A DNA stretch of 64,000 nt from an uncultured Sphingomonas sp. (lineage in GTDB: Bacteria; Pseudomonadota; Alphaproteobacteria; Sphingomonadales; Sphingomonadaceae): the NCBI GenBank assembly GCA_947085315.1, contig CAMTVW010000010.1, positions 58,005 through 122,004 of the forward strand. Direction: 5' to 3'. Position numbers and translations under genes: made by a program. The first letter of the stretch is position 1; each line of letters starts with the position of its first letter. Under the pieces are notes generated by a model that was not told the DNA's origin, did not search any database, and saw only the letters and a list, made by a program, of their open reading frames with translations. Positions 11,066 to 22,017 of the stretch are shown one piece after another.

Positions 11066-11808
11066 CCCAGAGGACCCGTCGCGCGCGCTACCTTGATCGC
11101 CTCGGCCAGATCGAGCCGCCCGTCATAGAGCGCGCGGCCGGTGATGACGCCCTCGATCCCGTCCTTCGCATGCGGGACGAGCGCGTGGATGTCGGCGATG
11201 CTCGCCACCCCGCCGCTCGCGATCACCGGGATCGAGGCGTGGCGGGCGAGCGCGACGGTCGCCTCTACATTGCAGCCCTTGAGCAGCCCGTCGCGGCCGA
11301 CATCGGTGAACAGCAGCGATGCGACCCCGGCATCGGCGAAGCGGTCGGCGAGGTCGGTGATGCTGACCGTCGACACCTCGGCCCAGCCATGGGTCGCGAC
11401 AAAGCCGTCGCGCGCATCGACCCCGACGACGATCCGGCCAGGCAGTTCACGGGCGGCTTCCTTCACCAGATCGGGATTCTGGAGCGCCGCGGTGCCGATG
11501 ATCACCCGCTCGACGCCAAGCCCCAGCCAGCGGTCGATCCCCGCGCGGTCGCGGATGCCGCCGCCCAGCTCGACCTTGCCGGGGAACGCCTTGAGGATCG
11601 CCTCGACCGCTTCGGCATTGACCGCCTTGCCCGCGAAAGCGCCGTCGAGATCGACAACATGGAGCCATTCGGCCCCGGCCTCGGCGAACCTGCGCGCCTG
11701 ATCGGCGGGATCGTCACCATAGACGGTGGCGCGCGCCATATCGCCCTCGGCAAGACGGACGACCTGACCGCCCTTCAGGTCGATCGCGGGGAAGACGATG
11801 ATGCTCAC
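11062..11808 (-). CDS. hisA: ProFAR isomerase
   Basis: [28 protein letters not shown]; GTG start; the upstream extension is repeat DNA. Confidence 0.95.
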   Translation of the reverse strand: MSIIVFPAIDLKGGQVVRLAEGDMARATVYGDDPADQARRFAEAGAEWLHVVDLDGAFAGKAVNAEAVEAILKAFPGKVELGGGIRDRAGIDRWLGLGVERVIIGTAALQNPDLVKEAARELPGRIVVGVDARDGFVATHGWAEVSTVSITDLADRFADAGVASLLFTDVGRDGLLKGCNVEATVALARHASIPVIASGGVASIADIHALVPHAKDGIEGVITGRALYDGRLDLAEAIKVARATGPLG

Positions 11809-11814
11809 TTCTCG

Positions 11815-11938
11815 GATCCTCCCTGCGCGCAGCGTGGGGAGGGGGACCGTTCGCAAAGCGAATGGTGGAGGGGTCTTCGACCCCACCCCTCCACCACCCT
11901 GCGGGTGGTCCCCCTCCCCAGCTTCGCTAGGAAGGATC
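11815..11938. repeat. Family C paired palindromic element inside the his operon (hisH-hisA junction)
   Basis: gatcctccctgcgcgcagcgtggggagggggacc ... ggtccccctccccagcttcgctaggaaggatc. Confidence 0.85.
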
Positions 11939-11950
11939 TTCCAATGCCGC

Positions 11951-12577
11951 TTACGGCTTCCACTCTAAAAACCTCTTCAAAAACGCCAGGCCATAAGCCT
12001 GGCTCTTCTCGGGATGAAACTGCGCGCCGACGATATTGCCGCGCCCGACGGCGGCGGTGATCGGCCCGCCATGATCGGTGGTCGCCAGCACATCGGCGGG
12101 ATCGGTCGCGTCGAAGATGAAGCTGTGGAGATAATAGGCCTCGCCGGGCACGATCAGCGGATGGTCGCGCGCCGGGACGACGTCGTTCCAGCCCATATGC
12201 GGCACTTTATATTCGGGCCCCGGCGTCATCAGCCGGACATCGCCGCCGATCCAGCCGAGCCCCGGCGTGCGACCATGTTCGAGCCCCGCATCGGCCAATA
12301 GCTGCATGCCGACGCAGACGCCCAGGAAGGGGGCGCCACGGCCATGGACCGCGCGGTCCATCGCCTCGATCATGCCGGGAATCGCGCTCAACCCGCCCAT
12401 GCAGGCGGCGAAGGCGCCGACGCCGGGCAGCACTACGCGATCGGCGCGCGCGACGAGATCGGCGTCGGCGGTGACGACCGGGTCACCCCCGGCCGCCCGC
12501 AGCGCATTTTCAACCGACCTCAGATTCCCCGCGCCATAATCGATCAGCGCGATCAGTTCGCCTGCCCCGGCTGGCAC
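11951..12577 (-). CDS. hisH: Imidazole glycerol phosphate synthase glutaminase subunit
   Basis: [35 protein letters not shown]; GTG start just after the hisB stop (start approximate). Confidence 0.93.
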   Translation of the reverse strand: MPAGAGELIALIDYGAGNLRSVENALRAAGGDPVVTADADLVARADRVVLPGVGAFAACMGGLSAIPGMIEAMDRAVHGRGAPFLGVCVGMQLLADAGLEHGRTPGLGWIGGDVRLMTPGPEYKVPHMGWNDVVPARDHPLIVPGEAYYLHSFIFDATDPADVLATTDHGGPITAAVGRGNIVGAQFHPEKSQAYGLAFLKRFLEWKP

Positions 12578-12578
12578 G

Positions 12579-13166
12579 TCACAGCATCCCCTTGGTCGAG
12601 GGGATCGCATCGGCCTTGCGCGGATCGATCTCGACCGCGGTGCGCAGCGCGCGGGCAAGCCCCTTGAAGCAGCTCTCGACGACATGGTGCATGTTGGCGC
12701 CATAGAGATTCTCGACGTGGAGGGTGATCCCCGCCGACTGGCTGAAGCTGTGGAACCAGTGCTCGATCAGCTCGGTATCCCATTCGCCGAGACGCGGGCC
12801 CGACAGCCCGACCTTCCACACCAGATAAGGCCGGCCCGAAATGTCGAGCGCGACGCGGGTCAGCGTCTCGTCCATCGGCGCATAGGCATGGCCGTAGCGG
12901 GTGATCCCCGCCTTGGTGCCGAGCGCCTTCGCCAGCGCCTCGCCGATCGCGATGCCGCTGTCCTCGGTGGTGTGATGCTGGTCGATATGGAGGTCGCCCG
13001 CGATCTTCACATCGAGGTCGATCAGCGAGTGGCGCGACAGCTGCTCGAGCATATGATCGAGGAAACCGATGCCGGTCTCCACCGTATAGACGCCGGTGCC
13101 GTCGAGATTCAGCGCCACCGCGATGTCGGTTTCGCTGGTCTTGCGCGTGATCGATGCGGTCCGCAT
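12579..13166 (-). CDS. hisB: Imidazoleglycerol-phosphate dehydratase
   Basis: [28 protein letters not shown] and PSTKG motifs. Confidence 0.97.
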   Translation of the reverse strand: MRTASITRKTSETDIAVALNLDGTGVYTVETGIGFLDHMLEQLSRHSLIDLDVKIAGDLHIDQHHTTEDSGIAIGEALAKALGTKAGITRYGHAYAPMDETLTRVALDISGRPYLVWKVGLSGPRLGEWDTELIEHWFHSFSQSAGITLHVENLYGANMHHVVESCFKGLARALRTAVEIDPRKADAIPSTKGML

Positions 13167-13297
13167 GGCCAGGGCCTTGTCCTTGCCTTCAAGCTGTGTG
13201 GCAAATCCCCCACACCGGGACGGCGCCGCTATAGCGCGGTTGCGCCGCGCTGCAACGCCGACTTGACCGGGCGGGACGCAACGTCCATCCCAGCGCC

Positions 13298-13789
13298 ATG
13301 AGCGATCAAGCGCCCGACAGCCTGATTCCCTATGACGAGATCGTCCAGGAGGCGCTTCGTGCCGTGGTCGGGCGCGTGCTGGGCGAGGTCGAAAAGGCCG
13401 GCGGACTGCCCGGCGAGCATCATTTCTACATCACCTTCAAGACGCAGGGTGCCGGCGTCGACATCCCGAAGCATCTGGTCGAGCGCTTCCCCGACGAGAT
13501 GACGATCGTGATTCAGAATCGCTACTGGGATCTGAAGGTCAATCCCGACGGATTCGAGGTCGGCCTGTCGTTCAACCAGGTCCCCGCCAAGCTGATCATC
13601 CCTTTCGCGGCGGTGACCGGCTTCGTCGATCCGGCGGTCAATTTCGCACTTCAGTTCCAGGCGCAGGCCGATGACGACGGCGAGGATAGCGGCCATGGCT
13701 CGGCCGGCAACGATGTCCCCCCCGCGCCTCTCGCCGCGGTCGAGGACGGCTCGAACGTCGTCTCGGTCGATTTCACGCGCAAGAAATAG
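13298..13789 (+). CDS. sspB: SspB-alpha ClpXP adaptor family protein
   Basis: [23 protein letters not shown] and C-terminal [11 protein letters not shown]. Confidence 0.85.
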   Translation: MSDQAPDSLIPYDEIVQEALRAVVGRVLGEVEKAGGLPGEHHFYITFKTQGAGVDIPKHLVERFPDEMTIVIQNRYWDLKVNPDGFEVGLSFNQVPAKLIIPFAAVTGFVDPAVNFALQFQAQADDDGEDSGHGSAGNDVPPAPLAAVEDGSNVVSVDFTRKK

Positions 13790-13798
13790 GCTAATCCA

Positions 13799-13880
13799 CG
13801 TCACCCCAGCGAAGGCTGGGGTCTCGGGAGCGTCGCGCAGCACCCCATCTCACGAGATGTCAGCCTGCGCTGGCATGACG
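13799..13880. repeat. Family B CGTC-tagged REPIN-like element (variant arms)
   Basis: CGTC-ACCCCAGC-GAAG-GCTGGGGT-CTC ... GAG-ATGTCAGC-CTGC-GCTGGCAT-GACG. Confidence 0.85.
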
Positions 13881-13896
13881 AATAATGAGGTCAAGG

Positions 13897-15288
<1,392 letters not shown>

Positions 15289-15364
15289 GTCCTGTCGCCT
15301 CAACGCGCGGAACTAACGTTTCCGCCACGCGCTTCACTGTTCGGTGCAAACAGGGAGTAATGAC

Positions 15365-15598
15365 ATGATCGGCAAGCTTCTCGCCGCATTCATCGGCCGC
15401 CGGATCGACCGGCGCGACGGCGAAGGCGGGGTCAAGGGCGCCCTGCTCGGCGTCGCCGCCGCGAGCGTCATCCGCCGTGCGGGACCGCTGGGGCTGCTCG
15501 CGGGCGGCGCCTGGGTCGCGAAAAAGGCCTATGACCGACGCAAGGCCGAACGAAAGCGCGCCGATGCCGTCGCGGCCGACATTCCCCCCACGATCTAG
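15365..15598 (+). CDS. Small hypothetical protein (Gly/Ala-rich, possibly membrane-associated)
   Basis: MIGKLLAAFIGRRIDRRDGEGG; SD GGGAG upstream; host-like codon usage. Confidence 0.65.
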   Translation: MIGKLLAAFIGRRIDRRDGEGGVKGALLGVAAASVIRRAGPLGLLAGGAWVAKKAYDRRKAERKRADAVAADIPPTI

Positions 15599-16128
15599 GT
15601 TGCCACCATCTCCGCCAGCTTCCGCGCAGTGCGCCAGTTGCGCATCGTGACGGTCGAGCCGGCCGTCTTGTCGACAAAGACCGGGGTCAGCTTCGATCCG
15701 ATCACCGCCTCGCCATAGTCGATCCAGATCGCATCGCCTTCGACGACCACCTTCTCACCATGCGCCGCGCGCGCATTGAGCGTTGCTTCGATCCCTCCGG
15801 CGGGCGGCCTTTTCGACAGGCCGAGATGAACGAGGTTGCCGCGATCGTCGGCATCGGCGAAGGGCGAGCGCTTCGCATAGCCCGCCCATTGCTTCGCAGT
15901 CCGGCCGATCGCCTCGACCGCAAAGCCGAATCGCTGTTCGACCAGCGCTTCCACCGCAGCTTCCGCGCTGGCGACACTCGGCGCGGTGAAGATCAGATTG
16001 CCGCTCGCGATATAGGTCTGAATATCGTCGAGCCCCGCGTCCTTCGCCGCCGCGCGCAGTTCCGCCATCGGGATCTTGCGGTGGCCGCCGACATTGATGC
16101 CGCGCAACAACAGGATCATCTTTTCCAT
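15595..16128 (-). CDS. DUF1697-family protein
   Basis: LLRGINVGG, TYIASGNLIF and C-terminal TMRNWRT motifs. Confidence 0.85.
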   Translation of the reverse strand: MEKMILLLRGINVGGHRKIPMAELRAAAKDAGLDDIQTYIASGNLIFTAPSVASAEAAVEALVEQRFGFAVEAIGRTAKQWAGYAKRSPFADADDRGNLVHLGLSKRPPAGGIEATLNARAAHGEKVVVEGDAIWIDYGEAVIGSKLTPVFVDKTAGSTVTMRNWRTARKLAEMVAT

Positions 16129-16184
16129 AATATCCCCCTGTTTCGATGATTGACGCGGACGCCCTGTCCGATGCAAGTGCCGCC

Positions 16185-16826
16185 ATGGCCCATATGACCC
16201 TGAAGCGCCGCGGCGTCCTGTTCGTCCTGTCCTCGCCCTCGGGCGCCGGCAAGTCCACGATAGCCCGCCGCCTGCTCGCTTCCGACGATCATCTGCGCAT
16301 GTCGGTCTCGGCCACTACCCGGCCGATGCGCGCGGGAGAGGTTGACGGGGTCGACTATAATTTCGTCGATCTCGAGCATTTCCGCGAGATGGTTTCGAAC
16401 CATGAATTCCTCGAATGGGCCCATGTCTTCAACCATCGCTATGGCAGCCCCAAGCGGCCGATCGACGAGATGCTCGACGCCGGGCTCGACGTGCTGTTCG
16501 ACATCGACTGGCAGGGCGCGCAACAACTTTACCAGACCTGCGGCGGCGACGTGGTCCGCGTCTTCATCCTGCCGCCGTCGATGGAAGAGCTCGAGGACCG
16601 GCTGCGCAAGCGCGCCACCGACAGCGAGGAAGTGATCGTCGGCCGGATGCAGCGCGCCTCGGCCGAAGTCAGCCATTGGGACGGCTATGACTATGTCCTG
16701 ATCAACGACGATATCGACCGCTGCTTCGCCGAGGTCCGCGATATCCTGGAGGCCGAGCGCCTCAAGCGCAGCCGCCAGACGGGTCTGATCGGCTTCATCC
16801 GGAAGCTCAATACGCCACGCGGATGA
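16185..16826 (+). CDS. gmk: Guanylate kinase
   Basis: SSPSGAGKST P-loop, SATTRPMRAGEVDGVDY, DIDWQGA. Confidence 0.96.
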   Translation: MAHMTLKRRGVLFVLSSPSGAGKSTIARRLLASDDHLRMSVSATTRPMRAGEVDGVDYNFVDLEHFREMVSNHEFLEWAHVFNHRYGSPKRPIDEMLDAGLDVLFDIDWQGAQQLYQTCGGDVVRVFILPPSMEELEDRLRKRATDSEEVIVGRMQRASAEVSHWDGYDYVLINDDIDRCFAEVRDILEAERLKRSRQTGLIGFIRKLNTPRG

Positions 16827-16931
16827 CGTTCGGGGGGGCACGGCCGCAATACACCCTCATCCCGTCGCACTATTGCTTGCATGCAACGACCATAAGCCTA
16901 GCCTCCCGCGCATAATCACGGGAGGGCCCTG

Positions 16932-17495
16932 ATGGCCAGGACATTGCTCGGCGGCCTGCTGGCGGGCGTCGCACTCTATATCGTCGGCTTCATCTTCTGG
17001 GGAACGCCGCTCAGCCTGCTCGCCTTCAACCGGCTCGAACAGCCGCAGTCGGCAGCCCTTCAGCAGGCCCTTGCCGAGACGCTGACGGTGAGCGGTACGG
17101 GCGCCTATCTGGTGCCCGCGACCGGATCGGCGGCGGGCGATCTGCTCTATGCGCGTGGACCGGTCGCGATGGTCCATTTCAACAGCTCGGGCTTTCCGGT
17201 CGTCGATGCCGCCGCGCTCGGCACCGGCTTCCTGCTCGCGATCGTCACCGGCCTTATCATCGCGCTCGCGCTGGGCGCGATCGGATCAAGGGTCACCGAC
17301 TTCTTCAGCCGCGCCCAGGTCGCGATCCTGTTCGCGCTGGCAGGCACGCTCTATACCGAAATGGGCCAGCCGATCTTCAACCATTTCGGCTTCGGCTACT
17401 GGACCTATCTGTTCCTGAGCGACTTCATCGGCCTGTCGGTCGCAGGGCTGATCATCGCGCGCTGGTTTCTGCCCAAGGGTGGTATCCAGAGCTAG
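16932..17495 (+). CDS. Hypothetical integral membrane protein
   Basis: Four hydrophobic segments; SD GGAGG upstream. Confidence 0.75.
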   Translation: MARTLLGGLLAGVALYIVGFIFWGTPLSLLAFNRLEQPQSAALQQALAETLTVSGTGAYLVPATGSAAGDLLYARGPVAMVHFNSSGFPVVDAAALGTGFLLAIVTGLIIALALGAIGSRVTDFFSRAQVAILFALAGTLYTEMGQPIFNHFGFGYWTYLFLSDFIGLSVAGLIIARWFLPKGGIQS

Positions 17496-18187
17496 ACGAG
17501 CAGCCCCAGAAACCGCGCCGCCGCCCGGAAATCGTCCGACCGAATAACCCGTGCCTGTATGGCGAGTTCGTCCTCGCCCCATTGTTCGGCCTGCCACAGT
17601 TCATCGAGATGCGCGGAATCGAAAGCGGTTCGGCCGTCGATTTCGCCCTCGGCCAGCGCCAGGGCAATCACCAGCGAGCCGGCGATCGTGATCAACGGCT
17701 GGAGCCCGGCCAACTGGAAATAGTCATAGCCGCGCAGCGCCGCGCTCAGCCGCTCGACAGTGTCGTCGGGCTGGGGGCAGTGCATGACGCCATGGACGAT
17801 CTCGAACTCGACATCATAGCGCTGCTGCGCCCAGTCGATCAGCGGATCCCAGGCGACCGCCTGGCGCGCGATCAGCTCGTCGGGGCTGTCGGCGCGGTAG
17901 CAGAGCAGGTCGGTCTCGGCATAGCCCGACAGCGTCAGGGCAAAGGCGGCGGGGTCGGGCGCGACCCGGTCGATCGCCGCATTGGCGAGGCCGGTCAGCG
18001 GCATGCCGCGCGGGTCGATCGTCTCACCCTGCGCATCCCATTCGGCGACGACCGCATGCGCCAGTGCCGGGGTCGGCAGCCACAGATCGGCGCGCGCGGG
18101 GGTCTTCACCGGCCGGCCGTCGAGCCGGATCGCATGGCCGCCACCCTCGACGGGCTCGGTGGTGACGGTCGTGTAGAAGCGCTTCAT
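17492..18187 (-). CDS. ATP12-family chaperone
   Basis: MKRFY, LDGRPVKTP, EWDAQ, DLLCYRA and WQAEQWGED motifs. Confidence 0.92.
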   Translation of the reverse strand: MKRFYTTVTTEPVEGGGHAIRLDGRPVKTPARADLWLPTPALAHAVVAEWDAQGETIDPRGMPLTGLANAAIDRVAPDPAAFALTLSGYAETDLLCYRADSPDELIARQAVAWDPLIDWAQQRYDVEFEIVHGVMHCPQPDDTVERLSAALRGYDYFQLAGLQPLITIAGSLVIALALAEGEIDGRTAFDSAHLDELWQAEQWGEDELAIQARVIRSDDFRAAARFLGLLV

Positions 18188-18208
18188 TGGTAGGCCTGCT
18201 TAAGTGAA

Positions 18209-18294
18209 CCCGCTCATCCTGAGGAGGGGCTGAGCTTGCCGAAGACCCGTCTCGAAGGACGCCTGGATCCTTCGAGCGCCTCAGGATGAGCGGG
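18209..18294. repeat. Family E palindromic element (CTCATCCTGAGG type), single copy in the window
   Basis: Perfect 16-bp terminal inverted repeat cccgctcatcctgagg/cctcaggatgagcggg with internal ctcgaagga/tccttcgag repeat. Confidence 0.75.
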
Positions 18295-18303
18295 AAGGAA
18301 AAA

Positions 18304-18978
18304 CTAGGTGATCCGATCCGCCAGCGCGGTCCGCAATATCCCGGGCAGCTCGTCAGGCCGGTCCGCAACAAAATGGGCCCCCTCGTCGAACAACTCGTCG
18401 CGCGCATGATAACCCCAGGCGACCCCGACCGTCGTGCAGCCCGCGTTGATCCCCATGCCGATATCGAAGCTGGTGTCGCCGATCATCACGCTGGTCTCGG
18501 GCAGCGCTCCGGCATCGGCCATCGCCTGGATCGCCATCGAAGGATGCGGCTTCGACGGATGCCGGTCGGCGGTCTGGAGCGAGATGAACATGCGGTCGAT
18601 GCCGTGCACCTCCAGGCAGTGCTGGAGCCCGCGATCGGACTTGCCGGTCGCCACTGCGAGCAGCCAGCCATCGGCCTCCAGCGCGCGCAGCGCCTCGACG
18701 ATGCCCGGGAACAGCGGTTCCTCCACCTCGCCCGCGCCGCGCAGCTCGCGGAAGGCGTGCTTATAGCTCTCGCGCAGCGCGACATGGACGTCATGCCCGG
18801 CCTGGGGAAGCAACATCCGCATCGCCTCGGTCAGGCTCAGCCCCACCACGCGGCGGATCGCCGGATCGGCAGGCGGCGGCAGCTGCGCGGCGACGAACGC
18901 CTCGGCCATCGCGCGGCAGATACTGGCCTGGCTGTCGACCAGCGTACCGTCGCAGTCGAAGATGGCGAGGCGGTTCAC
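18304..18978 (-). CDS. HAD-IA hydrolase (phosphoglycolate phosphatase-like)
   Basis: FDCDGTLVDS, KPHP and MIGDTSFD motifs; lies in the crcB-rluC-HAD-ATP12 cluster. Confidence 0.9.
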   Translation of the reverse strand: MNRLAIFDCDGTLVDSQASICRAMAEAFVAAQLPPPADPAIRRVVGLSLTEAMRMLLPQAGHDVHVALRESYKHAFRELRGAGEVEEPLFPGIVEALRALEADGWLLAVATGKSDRGLQHCLEVHGIDRMFISLQTADRHPSKPHPSMAIQAMADAGALPETSVMIGDTSFDIGMGINAGCTTVGVAWGYHARDELFDEGAHFVADRPDELPGILRTALADRIT

Positions 18979-20114
18979 GGCTTGCTGCGACCGCGCCGTT
19001 CGCCGCGCCGCGCCTTGCGCGCGTCCTTCGCCTGATGCGCGAGCGCCCGGCGCTTGCCCTCGGGGGTCTCGCTGAACTTGACCTCATCGATCGGCAGCGC
19101 GTCGCCCTTCGCTTCCTCGAAACCGAGAATACGCAGCGTTTCGGCGAAGTGATCGGGCAGGTTGGCGACGACGTCGATAACGCCGCCATCGGGATGATCG
19201 ACCTTCAGCCGCCGCGCATGGAGATGCATCTTGCGGCTGATCGTGCCCGACAGAAAGGCCGAGAGCCCGCCATATTTGCCGTCGCCGACGATCGGATGGC
19301 CGATCGCCGCCATATGGACGCGCAGTTGGTGGGTACGGCCGGTATAGGGTTGCAGCTCGACCCAGGCGGCGCTGTTGCCGGCGCGCTCGATCACCCGGTA
19401 GCGGGTGCGCGCGGGGCTGCCTTCCTTCTCGTCGACATGCATCTTCTCGCCGCCGGTGCCGGGCTGCTTGCCGATCGGCAGCTCGATCATCCCGTCATGG
19501 ATCGATGGGACACCGGTGACCATCGCCCAATAGACCTTGCGCGCGGTGCGGCTGCTGAACGCCTTGGCGAAATGGCCGGCGGCACGCGAATTGCGCGCCA
19601 GCAGCAGGACCCCCGACGTGTCCTTGTCGAGCCGGTGGACCAGCTTGGGGCGGTTGTCGGCCTCATATTGGATGCCGTCGAGCAACCGATCGACATGATG
19701 GTCGGTCTTGGTACCGCCCTGGGTGGCAAGGCCAGGGGGCTTGTTGATCACGATTGCCTGGCGGTCCTGATGGATCACCAGGCTCTGGATCAGGGCGGTA
19801 TCCTCGGCGCTCAACGGTTCGCGCGGCGTCTTCGGGCGCGGCGCCCTGGCCGCGGTGGTGGCGGCTGCGGCGAGCTCGGGCGGGGGCAGGCGGATCATCT
19901 GGCCCGCCTCCAGCCGGTCGCCCGGATCGGCGCGCTTGCCGTTGACCCTTAGCTGGCCGGTGCGCGCCCAGCGCGAGACGATGTTGAAACTCGTGTCGGG
20001 CATGTGCCGCTTGAACCAGCGGTCGAGACGGATGCCGTCATCATCGTCGGCGACGACGAACTGGCGCATCTCGGCCTGGGTGGCACCCGTGCTGCTGATA
20101 GGGGTATCGCTCAT
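18975..20114 (-). CDS. rluC: RluA/RluC-family pseudouridine synthase
   Basis: GIRLDRWF S4 domain, NKPPGL, HRLDKDTSG, TGRTHQLRVH; start overlaps the crcB stop. Confidence 0.88.
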   Translation of the reverse strand: MSDTPISSTGATQAEMRQFVVADDDDGIRLDRWFKRHMPDTSFNIVSRWARTGQLRVNGKRADPGDRLEAGQMIRLPPPELAAAATTAARAPRPKTPREPLSAEDTALIQSLVIHQDRQAIVINKPPGLATQGGTKTDHHVDRLLDGIQYEADNRPKLVHRLDKDTSGVLLLARNSRAAGHFAKAFSSRTARKVYWAMVTGVPSIHDGMIELPIGKQPGTGGEKMHVDEKEGSPARTRYRVIERAGNSAAWVELQPYTGRTHQLRVHMAAIGHPIVGDGKYGGLSAFLSGTISRKMHLHARRLKVDHPDGGVIDVVANLPDHFAETLRILGFEEAKGDALPIDEVKFSETPEGKRRALAHQAKDARKARRGERRGRSKP

Positions 20115-20488
20115 GTCGCCATCCGTCCAAGGCCAATCCCGAGGACCAGCATGAGTACCGATCCCGCCACCGACGAGACCGCATAGGCCGAAGCCATGAC
20201 ATAGTCGCCGCGCGCGAGCATATCGAAAGTCTCGAGGCTGAACGCCGAGAAGGTGGTGAAACCACCGAGCACGCCGACCCCAAGGAACAGGCGGAGCGGC
20301 TCGCTCTCGACCGGCGCCTGCGCGACGACTCCCGCCAGCACCCCCATCAGCAGTCCGCCGAGCAGGTTGACGATCCAGGTACCGAACGGAAAGGCCGGGC
20401 CGAGCTGCTGCAGCGCGACCATGCCGATATGATAGCGGAAGCCGGCGCCGATCGCGCCGCCGACCATGACGAGAAGAAGCGGGGGCAT
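20111..20488 (-). CDS. crcB: Fluoride efflux channel Fluc
   Basis: GGAIGAGFRY, PFGTWIVN and GVLGGFTTFSAF motifs. Confidence 0.95.
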   Translation of the reverse strand: MPPLLLVMVGGAIGAGFRYHIGMVALQQLGPAFPFGTWIVNLLGGLLMGVLAGVVAQAPVESEPLRLFLGVGVLGGFTTFSAFSLETFDMLARGDYVMASAYAVSSVAGSVLMLVLGIGLGRMAT

Positions 20489-20537
20489 TTCGGCCCTGTA
20501 GCCGCAGATGCGCGCAGGCGCCAGTGCGCCTCTCCTT

Positions 20538-20616
20538 CGTCATCCCAGCGAAAGCTGGGATCTCACTGCATGTCCGCGCCAGAAGAAAAGAGATTCCAGC
20601 TTTCGCTGGAATGACG
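20538..20616. repeat. Family B CGTC-tagged REPIN-like element
   Basis: CGTC-ATCCCAGC-GAAA-GCTGGGAT-CTC ... GAG-ATTCCAGC-TTTC-GCTGGAAT-GACG. Confidence 0.9.
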
Positions 20617-20625
20617 GAGTTTGAA

Positions 20626-21171
20626 TTACTTCCCGCTATCCCTGATCAGGATCGTCCCCGCGGTCCCGCCCGGGCCCGGCGCCATGGTGATCGTCACCGG
20701 GTCGCCCTCGTCATTCTGCGCGGTCAGGGTCGCGGTGCCGCCCTTGCTGGCGACGGCGACACCGGTGAAGCCGTTGTCGCGCGCCTGCGCGGCGAAGTGG
20801 CCCGCGACCTTGTCGGGCGCGGCCGGCGCAGTGAAGCGCATCGCCACCCGGCCATTGGCTGGGCCCTTCGGATCGGTGACGTTGATCGACGAGAAGGTCG
20901 AGCCCGGATAGGGCTTCATCCCGTTGATATCCATATCGTCGCCGCCAATCTTCATCCCCGGAATCTTCACCCGGCCCTCGAAGCCGGGCAGCTTGACCGC
21001 GACGCCGTCGGAACCGTCGTTGGCCGAGATCGCGACATTGCCGTCGGCGCCGATGCTGACCGACGCCTCCTCGCTACCGTCCCTGTCCTTGTCATCCTTG
21101 CCGACCTTCAGCTCGCAGCCCGCAAGCAGCAGCATCGGGACCGCCATCATCAACATCGCCCTGCGCATCAT
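20626..21171 (-). CDS. Putative lipoprotein of unknown function
   Basis: Signal peptide MMRRAMLMMAVPMLLLAG-C with lipobox; SD AGGAGG upstream. Confidence 0.8.
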   Translation of the reverse strand: MMRRAMLMMAVPMLLLAGCELKVGKDDKDRDGSEEASVSIGADGNVAISANDGSDGVAVKLPGFEGRVKIPGMKIGGDDMDINGMKPYPGSTFSSINVTDPKGPANGRVAMRFTAPAAPDKVAGHFAAQARDNGFTGVAVASKGGTATLTAQNDEGDPVTITMAPGPGGTAGTILIRDSGK

Positions 21172-21201
21172 CGTCCTCCTGCTTCGCTCGGCCGCCAGCA
21201 A

Positions 21202-21223
21202 CTGTATTATATATATAGTACAG
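21202..21223. promoter_or_regulatory. AT-rich palindromic operator CTGTATTATATATATAGTACAG between divergent genes
   Basis: 22-bp near-perfect palindrome (one mismatched pair) in GC-rich DNA; TGTA-N12-TACA resembles YtrA-subfamily GntR sites. Confidence 0.6.
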
Positions 21224-21262
21224 CAGTTGCAATATCCCGCAACATGGAGGATGCTCGCAGCC

Positions 21263-21484
21263 ATGTTCAATCTCATCTCGCTGATCATCGGTTTCGTCGC
21301 GCTCGGCGGGGCGATCCTCGGCTTCTTTCCCTTCTTCGGCTGGATCAACTGGGCGGTGGTGCCGGTCGCGCTGATGGGTGCGGCATTCGGCATCATGTCG
21401 CACCGCGACAGCGGACGGAAGCTCAACAGCTTCATCCTTGTGATCGGCATCGTCCGGCTGATCATGGGCGGGGGCCTGTTCTGA
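21263..21484 (+). CDS. Small membrane protein (73 aa)
   Basis: MFNLISLIIG...GWINW...RLIMGGGLF, three hydrophobic segments; GGAGG upstream. Confidence 0.75.
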   Translation: MFNLISLIIGFVALGGAILGFFPFFGWINWAVVPVALMGAAFGIMSHRDSGRKLNSFILVIGIVRLIMGGGLF

Positions 21485-21485
21485 G

Positions 21486-21917
21486 ATGGGGCCGGCCGAG
21501 CTGATCGAAAGGCTGGGACTCGCGCCGCATCCGGAGGGCGGATGGTACCGTGAAACATGGCGCGAACCGGGACACCACGGCACCGCAGTCCGCGGCCATG
21601 CGACCGCGATCTATTTCCTGCTCGAGGCGGGCCAGCGCTCGCACTGGCATCGGGTCGACGCCGCCGAGATGTGGCTGCTCCACCTTGGCGGCCCGGTGGC
21701 GCTCTCCCTCGCGGCCTCCGACGCCGGGCCGGTCGAGACGATCCTGATCGGCGGCGATATCGCGGCGGGCCAGCGCCCGCAGGCGCTGGTGCCGGCGGGC
21801 TGGTGGCAGGCGGCGGAAGCACACGACGGCTGGGCGCTGCTCAGCTGCGTCGTCGCGCCGGGCTTCGATTTTGCCGGTTTCGAGCTAGCCGCACCGGGCT
21901 GGCACCCCGTTTCCTGA
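21486..21917 (+). CDS. Cupin_5/DUF985-family protein
   Basis: LAPHPEGGWYRET, TAIYFLL, SHWHRVD and SCVVAPGFDF motifs. Confidence 0.9.
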   Translation: MGPAELIERLGLAPHPEGGWYRETWREPGHHGTAVRGHATAIYFLLEAGQRSHWHRVDAAEMWLLHLGGPVALSLAASDAGPVETILIGGDIAAGQRPQALVPAGWWQAAEAHDGWALLSCVVAPGFDFAGFELAAPGWHPVS

Positions 21918-22017
21918 GCGTCTGACACGGTCTCAGCGGCGGGATTGCTTGCCGAATCGCACCGGAACGGTCAGTTTCGATCGGGGGCGCCGGCACGCGC
22001 TCTTTTGGGGGGCATTG

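Noticed and set aside
20489-20620. Fluoride riboswitch upstream of crcB
   Set aside because: No GATGG..TCGCC / GCTGATGAC core on the minus strand; the structure present is a family B repeat.
21202-21223. LexA SOS box
   Set aside because: CTGT-to-ACAG spacing is 14 rather than 8, and alphaproteobacterial LexA uses GTTC-N7-GTTC.
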